Shown piece after piece: positions 1 to 10,725 of a stretch of 17,587 bases of DNA. Each line of letters begins with the position of its first letter. The stretch's first letter is position 1. The notes beneath the pieces were generated by a model. The model was not told the DNA's origin, ran no database searches, and was given only the letters and a program-made list of their open reading frames with translations. This stretch comes from Octopus sinensis (Eukaryota), in the NCBI RefSeq assembly GCF_006345805.1, contig NW_021824878.1, positions 1 to 17,587 on the forward strand. The letters are read 5' to 3'. The translations under genes and the position numbers were made by a program.

Positions 1-629
1 GATATTTATGATATATACACTCGTATGTTTACAGTGTAGACATGCGACTCTTAACCCCGATCTATAACCAAATATATTAGATTAGTCAGCAAAGTTTAGC
101 GATGGAATGTGCTGATCCACCATATTTACTTCTTTCCTTTCGCCTCTGTTATTCCTTTGCGACCTGTTTTGCAGATTAAAAACCATGATGATGGGATGAT
201 ATGGTGTTCATCCTTTATCTAAAAGTGAAACTTTTACTCAATCTAAACTGCCCCTTACTGTCTTTGGCGAGTTCCTCTAAACTGGCCCTTAAGATTCCTG
301 ATGATTTAGGTAAAAGCAGTTTTTATAATTAATTTTATTTAAACTAGCTTCATGTAATATGAATTATGTATTACAATTATGTAATTATACATTTAGTAGT
401 GTTTATCTTAATGAAACAGCTGTTGAGCACAATCAAATGGTGAACTATACGAGACATTTGTGCTATTCTGCTTTTATGTAAGTTATGTTTCTCTAAAAGA
501 TCGTTTTGGCCGCTTGTGTCTCTACGTGTAAGTCGATCCCATTTGGATGTACTGCAATGCTAATACCTGTTGAAGTTTAACGACCTTGTTATTAATTGGA
601 TACTTAATTACTCTGGATTTATACTTCAA

Positions 630-950
630 GACGTGTGGCTTAGTGGTTAGATTATTCGGCTGACGATCGTGAGGTCGTGAGTTCGATTTCCGACGACGCC
701 GTATGTCCTTCAGCAACACTTCATTTCACGTTGCTCCAGTCCACTCAGCTGGCAAAAATGAGTCTTACCTGTAATTCAAAGATGCCAGCCTTGTCACATT
801 CTGTGTCACGTTCAATCTCCTTGAGAACTACATTAAAGTTACACGTGTCTGTGGAGTACTCAGCCAATTGCACGTTAATTTCACGAGCAAGCTCTTCCAT
901 TGATCCGATCAACTGGAACGCTCATCATCGTAACCGACGGAGTACCAGTA
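630..950 (+). mobile_element. tRNA-derived SINE, family A
   Basis: Pol III A-box-like TGGCTTAGTGG (636-646) and B-box-like GTTCGATTTC (681-690) at tRNA-like spacing, then a non-tRNA body (GTCCTTCAGCAACACTTT..TTGCTCCAGTCCACTCAGCTG) ending near GGAGTACCAGTA before AT-rich sequence. Confidence 0.8.
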
Positions 951-1483
951 TTTATTAACCAATTATCTATGATTATTTTAAGGACATTAGTTTACACCAA
1001 GTTCTCCCGACATACACACACATGCTGTGTATATATACGTATTTAGTAAATATATAGCTATGTAAATATATATGTATATGTATCATTTGTCACCCGTTTC
1101 GGTCCCTCAAGCGCGAAGACAATGCCACATGCGTCAAGTTACACATGGCAGTCGGTCATGAGGGATTGGATACAAAAGCGGTCGGAACTGAATATTTCGA
1201 AACAGATGGGCTTGTACCTAACCGTAACAATCGTTTATCAAGTTGATGTAAAAATAAAGAATTAAGTTATTGAGGGGCATTATGAAGGGCTCCGAATATC
1301 ACAACTCCGTCTAAACGCAGCATCATTCAGTTAAAGCTCTTACATATAATTACGAAATATAAAGGGAACGGACACATCCAAATTTCATAGAAATAAACCT
1401 AAGACTATATATTTCACGTGGCTCAAACAAGGAACATGTATATTCACCTCATCGGTTAACTTCTGTCATAAGATTGCGCGTGA

Positions 1484-1689
1484 ATGTGCACACACGCACG
1501 CACGCACATACACACACAAACACACAACACACACACACACACACACACCACCACACCACACACACACAACACACAGGTAGGGTGTGAAGCTAGGGTATTT
1601 CCAGAGACGCACTCGACCCGAATACCGGGCTATCACCATAAAGGCCGGAATTCCTCAGGTGTAGAAAATCATTTTACGGTGTATATATG

Positions 1690-1752
<63 letters not shown>

Positions 1753-1930
1753 GTCGACCGATGGAATGAGTGCTCAAAACCGCAATATATATATATATAA
1801 TATATATATATAATGCACATATATATGTATATATATGTATGTATATATATTTGCATATATATGTATATACATATATACACAATGTATATATAAATATATA
1901 TACATATACATATATATATTGTGTTTTTAC

Positions 1931-1983
<53 letters not shown>

Positions 1984-2195
1984 ATATATACATGCATATA
2001 TAAAAAGGGAGATAGAGGAATGGTTATGGCATGCAGCTTAATTTCTCTCTTGGAAATTTTGCGCCAAATTTTCAACCAATAAAAATGCTTATAGCCAGAA
2101 ATGATAGCGTAATATATGCACAAGTGTGTGTGAGATGTAGATATGCATACACACATACGCACACGCATACACACACACACACACAAATATAACTG

Positions 2196-2269
<74 letters not shown>

Positions 2270-2389
2270 GCATATATATATATACACATATATACATATA
2301 TGCATATATACAACCATATAGATATATAGATAATATATATATATATACACTATATACATATATGCCATATATATGCAACCATATATAAT

Positions 2390-2425
<36 letters not shown>

Positions 2426-2473
2426 TGACAGATAGGTAGATAGATAGATCGATAGATAGGTAGATAGGTAGAT

Positions 2474-2555
<82 letters not shown>

Positions 2556-2750
2556 GTAAATATATACATATATATTCATATATATATATATTATATATAT
2601 ATGTATAAATATATATGTGTGTATGCATGTATGTGTGTGTGGAATGTTTAATGTACAAGCATACATACATACAAACACACTCACACACACGCAACACATA
2701 CTTAGTTACACGCGCTCACACATTACACACAAACACACTTGTTATGTGTA
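1484..2750. repeat. Compound microsatellite array: (CA)n, (TA)n, (TG)n, with (GATA)n at ~2427-2557
   Basis: Directly visible di- and tetranucleotide runs, interrupted by short unique islands (~1575-1680, ~2005-2110). Explains the HT/YI/IYLS ORFs. Confidence 0.97.
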
Positions 2751-3317
2751 GCGTTGACTGTAGTTAACGTCTGGTATATAAAAACACGAAACACGGTACG
2801 TTCGGCTGGTCTCTACGGATGTTGAACATTTCCATACGACGACCTTCCAACATTTCCGCCATACTGTTTAAGTGAAAACGCAGCAGAAGAAATCTGCGAG
2901 CGAAAATTAACATCGCCACTCATTCCACTTTGACAGTTGTTGACGATGTCTTGTAGTTGTTGAGATCATAAAAGCTCAATGACCGTAAAACATGTCACCA
3001 GGGGAAGAAAGGCGAGATCTTAAAGGTACTAAAAGACAATACATAAAATTTCTACACAGTTATAAAAGATGCCGCAATTGGTTAAAATTAGGAGTGTTTC
3101 GTAAAACGAGGAAGCGGGCAAAAGCGGTAAAAGAACAAGAGAAAGAAAGGAAGAAAGACAATAAAAAGGAATTTAAAATAAAATAGGAACAACCACCAAA
3201 CAAACAAACAAACATGTTATTTGAAAGTGATTCTGTTGGAGAAGAAGGGATTTTCGGTTTTTTGTAGAATCTGTTTTACGGTCTACAGGAAATATTGTAG
3301 GAATGCTTGGAATACGG

Positions 3318-3845
3318 TATGTGTGTACGTTTGCATGTACGTATGTATACGTATGTATATATGTATATATGTATGTTATGTATGTATGTATGTATGTATG
3401 TATGTATGTATACGTATGTATGTATGTATGTGTGTATGTTTGTATGTATGTATGTATGTAAATGTATGTATGTATGTATGTTATGTATGTTTGTAATGTA
3501 TGGTGTGTATGTATGTATGTATGAATGTATGGTGTATGTGGCGTATGTGAATGTATGTATGTATGTATGTATGTATGTTATGTTGTTATGTATGTATGTA
3601 TGTATGCATGCATGCATGTTTGTATGTATGTATGTAAGTGTGTGTATGTATGTGTGTATGTTTGAATGAAGGCATGCATATATAGAAATACACACACACA
3701 CACACATATTACATATGTATATATTATATATATATAATATATATATATATATCCATTCACATATATACAGAAACGCATGTGTATGTGTGTGTGTGTGTGT
3801 TTGTGTGTATGAGTGTTGTGTGTGAAAGACAGCGTGTGTGTATGT
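3318..3845. repeat. (TATG)n tract followed by CA/TA/TG dinucleotide runs
   Basis: Direct observation; source of the MYVC-type ORFs. Confidence 0.97.
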
Positions 3846-3854
3846 AGACTGTCA

Positions 3855-3945
3855 GATATGTAGAGCGCCAGAAAACAATGACTTGTCGCATTTATTCTAA
3901 ACCTTTACGCTCTGAGTTCAAATCTCGCGGCATTCAGCGTTACCT
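3855..3945 (+). mobile_element. Degenerate 5' fragment of SINE family B
   Basis: CTTTACGCTCTGAGTTCAAATCTCGCGG (~3903-3930) matches CTTTACGTTCTGAGTTCAAATTCCGCCG of the copy at 10725-10930; upstream similarity is weaker. Confidence 0.55.
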
Positions 3946-4344
3946 CACACTTTTCTCCGATAACTTCAAGTACACATCAAGAATACCACATCTATCGTGT
4001 GTGTTTGTGTACTAGACTACCCATGACCTGTTGGGTCACCTGGAAAGTCTGAGTTTCCCAGCAACGGAGTTTTGTTTCGTGAGTTTTTATCTTTTCCCAG
4101 GTTATTTCGCATGCTTTCAACGAATGTGACATCGAAATCACGCACAAGTGGCTCCTTTCTTCAGAAAAGGATAGATTCGGCTAGTATTTCTTGCTCGCCC
4201 TGCAACCACGTAACAGGCATTCCGGGTCCTTTATCACATATAGATATTACGTAGTGGCAGGGCGTGCTAGAAGCAACAGCCAAATCTTTGAAGCTGAGAT
4301 TCGTTGAATGCACTCGAATAACTTTGTTATGGTATTCCCTCAGA

Positions 4345-4861
4345 GCGATCTTTCGCTTTGACTCTCAGAACTGTCCTCCAGATCAGCTGGTTTCGTTTCT
4401 TAATTTCCGTAAATTTTTTTTATCTATTTCCTTTTGTTTTAAAGTGAAAGAATGGACAAAGGGAAAGATGGATGAACGTGTATTTGAAATGGACGTGTGT
4501 GTGGGTGTGTGTGTGTGTGCGTGTGTGTGTGTGTGCGTGTGTATGAGAGAGAGAGTGCCACTTACACATACATGAGAACACACACGTTCACTCACTCTCT
4601 CTCTCACACACGCATACACACGTACATACAAAAAAGATGTACTCTCTCTCTCTCACACACATTTCTCTCTTTCTCTCTTACCATCTCCCTCTCTCTCTCT
4701 CTCTCTCTCTCCTTCACATACACATGTCCATTTCATATACACTACATACATCTTTAACTTTCTCCTCTCTTTCTCTTTAAAGCAAAATTAAATAAATGAA
4801 TTTTTTTACGGAAATTAACGAACTCTGGATGACAGTTCCCAGAGTCAAAGCAAAAGATTGC
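4345..4861. repeat. Degenerate long inverted repeat: arms ~4345-4500 and ~4720-4861 around a GT/GA versus TC/CA microsatellite core
   Basis: Reverse complement of the left arm aligns to the right arm (ACACAYGTCCATTTCAWATACAC..CATCTTT..CTTTAAARCAAAA..TTTACGGAAATTAA..TCTGGAKGACAGTTC..AGAGTCAAAGCRAAAGATYGC); about 79% identity over the inner 100 nt by hand count. Confidence 0.88.
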
Positions 4862-5395
4862 CATTCACTTGAAAATAATAATAAAAATAACATTAAAATA
4901 TTGTCTGTTTAAAGAAAACTAAAAGATAAATACTTACTGTACAAACAACTTGCATTTTTGGAATCACATTCAGTTAAAAAATATTTCTAAGTGGTTAAAA
5001 TATTGTATACGTCAAAAACTCGACGTTTTTATTTTCTTTCTTAAAGAGCACGAAGACTATGTGTGTGTATATGTCACAGACAGTGGACGTGTGTTTGTCT
5101 TGATTGACACACCATGACATTCATCATATGTGTGTGTATTCTGTATGTGTGTATAAGTGTTGACGTCACGGAAGCCATGTTTTTTCTTTCGTCAAGAAAT
5201 AACAAACAAAAATTCTGTTTAATCGTTTTCATTAATAAATAGACGTCCAAATATCACAAAAATTGTACTACACTGTCGAAGGTAAGTATGAAAATACATA
5301 TGCAAAAGATATTAAGATGAAATATACTATTTCTGAGGTATTTCGGGTACACACAAGCATTTATAGAGTTTTAGTATTATTAAGATATATAAATA

Positions 5396-6652
5396 CAGGG
5401 GTTGGACAAAATAATGGTAACACCTAGCATCATAGCATCATAATTTTGAAATATTTATAAAACTGTCAAATCCTTGTTTATTTTTTATGGTTTTTTTTAT
5501 CTATTATGACTGTTGCTTTATATATTTTGCTAAAATTGCTGTTCGTTTTCAGATATCATCAGAAAAAGGTAATTAAAATTCATCAAAAATGACAGATCTG
5601 CCGGACTTTCAAAGAGGTCAAATTGTTGGTACTCATATGGCAGGCGTCAGCGTAACGAAAACAGCCGAAGTGTTTGGTGTATCAAGGAGTATTGTCTCGA
5701 AAGTAATGACAGCCTTTGAGAAAGAGGGAAAAACCTCCTCGTCGAAAGAAAACATCGGAAGAAAACCAAATCTTGCAGATAGGGTCTATTACACGAATTG
5801 TTAGAAAGGGTCACAAAAGTACAGCTCCCAAAATTGCTGCAGAGCTTAATGACCACCTCAAGAACCCAGTTTCCACGAAAACTGTTCGCCGGGAGCTTCA
5901 CAAAGCTGGATTTCATGGGAGGGCTGCAATCAGAAAACCACTACTTTCAAAAACAAACGTTGCAAAGCGTTTAGAGTGGAGTAAAAACCTATGGAATTGG
6001 TCTTTAGGGCAGTGTAAGAATGTTATTTTCTCGGACGAGTCATCCATTACTTTATTTCAGACCACCGACCGAGTATACGTGTGGAGACAACCAAAAGAAG
6101 CATTAGACTAAACTGCCTTCTTCCAATTGTTAAACATGGAGGAAGATCTGTGATGATCGGGGCGGGGAGGAATCTGACGGTCCAATGGTTTCTCTTCATG
6201 GCAGAATTAATAGTCAAGACTAAGCATTTTATCTGATCAAATTCGTCCTATGTTTGCGGAACTGTTTCCGGAAGGAAACGCAATATTTCAGGATGATAAT
6301 GCACCAATTCACACAGCTAAAGTTGTTACTGAATGACACGAGGAACATTCTAGTGAAGTTGAACATCTTACCTGGCCACCACAGTCCCCAGATCTCAATA
6401 TTATTGAACATTTATGATGCATTTGAGAAAAACAAGTAAGGAGTCGATATCCTCCACTGTCATCACTACAAGAACTGGAGACTGTTTTAGCTGAAGAATG
6501 GACAAAAATTCCTTTGGAAACAATTCAAACTTTGTATAAATGCATACCTCGTAGAATTCGAGCTGTGATTACTGCCAAAGGCGGTCTTACCCCATATTAA
6601 AATAAATTTCTTTGAAATTTTAAGGTGTTTCCATTATTTTGTCCAACCCCTG
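5396..6652 (+). mobile_element. Full-length (1257 bp) Tc1-superfamily DNA transposon, DD36E (Incomer-like), non-functional
   Basis: 30-bp TIRs: CAGGGGTTGGACAAAATAATGGTAACACCT (5396-5425) versus the reverse complement of 6623-6652, one mismatch. TA on both sides (5394-5395, 6653-6654). Contains a transposase remnant. Confidence 0.95.
5589..6600 (+). pseudogene. Tc1-like transposase pseudogene (HTH domains plus DDE domain)
   Basis: MTDLPDFQRGQIVG..GVSRSIVSKV..GRKP; VSTKTVRRELHKAGFHGRAAIRKPLLS; VIFSDES (D at 6034-6036); VKHGGRSVMI; FQDDNAPIH (D at 6295-6297); WPPQSPDLNIIE (E at 6406-6408); ends AKGGLTPY-stop at 6600. Frameshifts near 5785, 6110, 6175 and 6225 plus in-frame stops. Confidence 0.95.
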
Positions 6653-6654
6653 TA

Positions 6655-6774
6655 TATTTATATGTGAGAGAGTGTGTGTGAGTGCATACATATATACATA
6701 CATACATATATATATATATGTGTGTATGTATGTATGTATGTATGTATGTATGTATATATATATATATATATATC

Positions 6775-6827
<53 letters not shown>

Positions 6828-6860
6828 CTCTTGACCGTATATATATATATATATACGATC
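6655..6860. repeat. (TA)n/(TATG)n microsatellite abutting the right Tc1 TIR
   Basis: Direct observation. Confidence 0.95.
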
Positions 6861-6902
6861 AAGAGTCACTTAATAGCAGATATTCAGACATTGAGTTATA
6901 TA

Positions 6903-7121
6903 TTGGTTTCAAACTTTGGCACAAACCCAGCAATTTTTGATGGGATGTGATGAATTGATTACATCGACCCCAGTACTCCACTGGTACTTATTTTATCGAC
7001 CTCGAAAGGATGAAAAGTAAAGTCGACCTCGGCGGAATTTAAACTCAGAAAGTAAGGACGGACGAAAAGCCACAAAGCATTTTGCCCTCCATGATAACAC
7101 TTCTGTCGGGTCACTGCCTTA
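6903..7121 (-). mobile_element. tRNA-related SINE, family B, minus-strand copy
   Basis: Reverse complement reads TAAGGCAG..CTGAGTTTAAATTCCGCCGAGGTCGACTTTACTTTTCATCC..GTCGATAAAATAAGTACCAGTG..GGGGTCGATGTAATC..TTGTGCCAAAGTTTGAAA, colinear with the copy at 10725-10930. Confidence 0.9.
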
Positions 7122-7279
7122 TATTGAGCTATTTACTAAAACAGATAATGTGTTCTAAATATATATTTTAATAAATTCTATATCTTCCCCGAACATGATT
7201 CTGTTCGTAAGCACTAAGACATTCATAAAAATATCTGTATGACCATGAGCTATCTCATCTGTGATACACAATAGAAAAC

Positions 7280-9970
7280 CGTGGATTTTAGCGTGTATTG
7301 TTTTGGAAGGGAGAAACAGCCTCCTGGGGGTGAAGCGGACACGTGAAACTTGTTCTGGGATTGGGGTGGAGTTGTTACTTCACTTTAACCCAGACACGAT
7401 CTACAAGATCTCAGACCTCATTCACCTTCTGAGATAGGAAGAGCTGCACGTCATGGTTAAGGGTATAAAGGGAGACTAGCTATTTGAGAGCTTCCCCCCC
7501 CCCCAACAAACGACAAGGAACCATACAACCATCTTAATACCAACCCCGGGTCACCCAAAACCACAACTAAATCAACAACGAACCATAACAAAAACAGCAC
7601 CAACTGGCAACAGCAGCAAATACATATATAGATTCGCACCCCGAGTAGCATGTATGTATGTTCGTGGTGCAAAACGCACGGTGAGTCGGAGACGCGGGGT
7701 GGGGAATTTCTCCTCCTGCCTCGGCGGTATGTTGTGCTGTTCAGCCGGGATTGCGGAGTTCTGCGAAATGCCGATAAAAGCTGAAGACATACGGGACGCG
7801 ATGACTGACTGCACGAGGGAGAAGTCACCGGACCTGGATGGTCTTCACTTAGAACTTTATTTTCAAAGCTTGTTCGGTACACTCTTGGCGGTTGTCTAGT
7901 GCAACTGGCATCAGAACAGGAAAATTCCCATTGGTGTGAGCCGTGATGCGGTGGTGCGGTTGAGAAAGGACCTAAACAAGGGGGAACAAATAGATTTTGG
8001 CCAAGGTGTTAGCCAAGAGATTGGCACTTGTCGATATGCTTGTCGGTGACGCTCAGACAAGCGCTATCCTAAACAGATCTATCCACGATGACCTCCACCT
8101 CACGCACTACATATAGAGGGTAGGTAAGGGATGTGGCATGGGTGGAGCCATGATCAATTTGGGTCAATTAAAAGCTTTTCATGGGGAAACCATCATTGTT
8201 TGGAGGCTGTCCTCGCGGCGGCTGGTTTCGGTCTCATTTTCAGAGGCTGGATTGCTAACACATTTGTTGGGTGATCAAAATAAATGATCGCCTATTGGAA
8301 TCGTTTAGTATCACATGTTCGATCCGTCAAGGATGCCCACTCTCGTTCCTGCTGTATGTGCTAGCTCTCGAGCAATTACTAAAGAAGTTGGATATTTCAA
8401 GGGGCGTTTTGCGTGAACCAGGATGTAAAAGGTTCGTGTCAGCTTATGCGGACGACGTCGCCGTAACAGTGTCGGACATATCGGAGATCAAGATGATCGA
8501 CAGGACCTTATGTGAGTAGGAAACAGTGATGGGAGCTAAGCTTAACCAGAAAGTCAGTAGGCCTGAAGTTCGGCACCCGGAGGGGCAGGTCCATGCCGTC
8601 TAACAGCGTCGTAGGGCGTTGGATGGAAGTACCGTTTGATCCGGATCCTCAGGTGGACAAGAAATGGGGAGTGGTGACGAACAGGGTGACCAATCTCACC
8701 CAAAATTGGGCTGAGAGGAAGCTGTCCCTGAAGGTTCAGGTGGAGATAAGGAATTCATACATCGCTCCCGTCATCTATTACTGCCCGACCATCGTCCCTT
8801 GCCCTGCTTCATGGTTGGTCAAGCTGGATCACTTGCTCTTCTGTTTTCTTTGGAAGGGGCGTGTTCGGCTTGTCAGACGGTCCATATGCCGCCAGCAACC
8901 GCTGAGTGGAGGACTAGGCATGCCGTGGCTAATGATGCGCAGACATGCGCCGAGGTTGCACTATCTCCTGCGTTTCATTAGCAGGGTTTTTCTGTAGCTC
9001 GTCTCATTGACGGAGCTACAATCCTGGACTAAGCGTAGATCGAGAAAGGGCACTTGGCATTTGGAGTGTCACAAACGTTCACAGCCTTCTGCCAGTTGGG
9101 CATTGCGGTTGGTGGACGTTCCATATTGGCGTTCTGTTGGGGATTAGTGGCAGGCAAGAGCGACAACGTCCTCGGGGAAACTCTGGGCATTGAGAAGAAT
9201 CAATTAGCTGGTCATATCCGGTGGACATTTGGATCGGGGCCTTTGGATAATTCCAAGACATCCTTGGCTTGGTAGTATTATGGGAGAGCTCTGCTGCTTC
9301 AAAACAAACTCTACAGTCACGTAAGGGTTGTCATGGCATTGCTGACTTGTGGGGTTATGTTGAACAGCTGCTGTCACGTGTGGGACGAATCCGTCTGTCA
9401 GCCGATTGCACTGACGCCCTCCTTTAGTCGGGTAAGCAAGTCAGTTCGTCTTTGCCTGGTGGTTGTGGCGACAGAGGTTGTTTGGTGGACAAGGCTGAAA
9501 GCTATGAGGACAAATACATTCCTCTTTGGTAGATTTCTCATTGACTTCTTCAAGTTTCAATTAAAAAGGAAACTGAGAGTGGAGAGAGAAGTGCTGTACT
9601 CGAGTGAGTTTATTGAAAGGTGAGTGAAAGTTGCAAAAATGGCAAAAGTGGATGTAGACATCTTTAAGTGTAGACCTGTGAGTCGGAGAGAAGGAATTGG
9701 AGAGGGCACTTGCCCCTAGGGTTTCAGAAAAATCTCGGACAGTGGGGTTCCTCTATAATACCTAAGGGCGTTCCTGTACCTGGAAGGCCACATCTCTATC
9801 ATCCTCACCACCATTTCTCTTTACCTTTCTATACTATGCATATGTCCCATCTTTTTCTGTGTATACCTTGTATATTTACTTTCTTCCATTGTTTTTATCA
9901 TTTCATTATTTTATGTAACCCCCCACACTTTATGTCAGTCTCATCCTTCGCCCTTGCGGCAAATAAATGA
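7280..9970 (+). mobile_element. 5'-truncated, internally deleted non-LTR retrotransposon of the L1/Tx1 clade
   Basis: RT remnants in shifting frames, then ~300 bp of 3' UTR, AATAAA at 9962-9967 and an (ATT)n run. The 5' boundary is uncertain; 7280-7640 may be a remnant of the ORF1 end. Confidence 0.85.
7642..9665 (+). pseudogene. LINE ORF2 (endonuclease-reverse transcriptase) pseudogene
   Basis: CEMPIKAEDIRDAM..KSPDLDG (~7822-7842; cf. KSPGxDG); LAKVLAKRL; IRQGCPLSFLLYVLALE (~8325); SAYADDV (YADD at 8445-8456); KLSLKVQ..NSYIAPVIYY..FLWKG..GGLGMP, typical of L1/Tx1 post-RT regions. Many stops and frameshifts. Confidence 0.9.
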
Positions 9971-10016
9971 AATTATTATTAACATTATTATCATTACCAT
10001 CATCATCATTATTATT

Positions 10017-10080
<64 letters not shown>

Positions 10081-10112
10081 TATTATTATCATCAATATAA
10101 TAATAATAATTA

Positions 10113-10147
<35 letters not shown>

Positions 10148-10158
10148 ATTATTATTAA

Positions 10159-10199
<41 letters not shown>

Positions 10200-10267
10200 T
10201 ATTATTATTATCTTCATCATCATCATCATTATTATTATTATTATTATATATTATTATTATTATTATC

Positions 10268-10299
<32 letters not shown>

Positions 10300-10342
10300 T
10301 ATTATTTATTATTATTATATTATTATTATTATTATATTATTA

Positions 10343-10395
<53 letters not shown>

Positions 10396-10466
10396 CATCA
10401 ATATAATAATAATAATTATCATTATTATTATTATTATTATTTTATTATTATTAATATTATTATTAA

Positions 10467-10529
<63 letters not shown>

Positions 10530-10543
10530 CTTCATCATCATCA

Positions 10544-10580
<37 letters not shown>

Positions 10581-10581
10581 C

Positions 10582-10619
<38 letters not shown>

Positions 10620-10637
10620 TATTATTATTATTATTAA

Positions 10638-10724
<87 letters not shown>
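9970..10724. repeat. ~750-bp (ATT)n/(ATC)n/(ATG)n trinucleotide tract with an internal higher-order duplication
   Basis: Direct observation; source of the poly-I/N/D/M ORFs. Confidence 0.98.

Positions 10725-10725
<1 letters not shown>

Noticed and set aside
636-700. tRNA gene candidates at the SINE heads (also 10725-10812 and 15904-15955)
   Set aside because: No complete cloverleaf or T-run terminator; each continues into a SINE body.
2992-3186. 64-aa basic ORF MSPGEERR..KEFKIK downstream of a TATA-like motif
   Set aside because: The C-terminal half comes from an A-rich tract, no recognisable domain, and the TATA is ~210 bp upstream. Kept only as part of the CpG-island finding.
1484-3778. 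Many 60-170 aa ORFs rich in YI, HT, CV, MYVC and IYLS
   Set aside because: Translations of TA, CA, TATG and GATA microsatellites that lack stops in some frames.
4020-4365. Minus-strand near-open frame ESKRKIALREY..ESILF-stop-RKEPLV..
   Set aside because: Internal stop, no convincing acceptor, no recognisable homology.
1672-4811. Five TTTACGG/CCGTAAA occurrences, including a 12-bp inverted match at 2981-2992 and 3272-3283
   Set aside because: Two belong to the palindrome arms and the 12-bp match does not extend; too short to separate from chance.
5553-5568. 16-nt segment with good splice signals (TTTTCAG| and AAG|GTAATT) in the Tc1 5' region
   Set aside because: Lies inside the transposon, not a multiple of three, no transcript evidence; at most a cryptic site.
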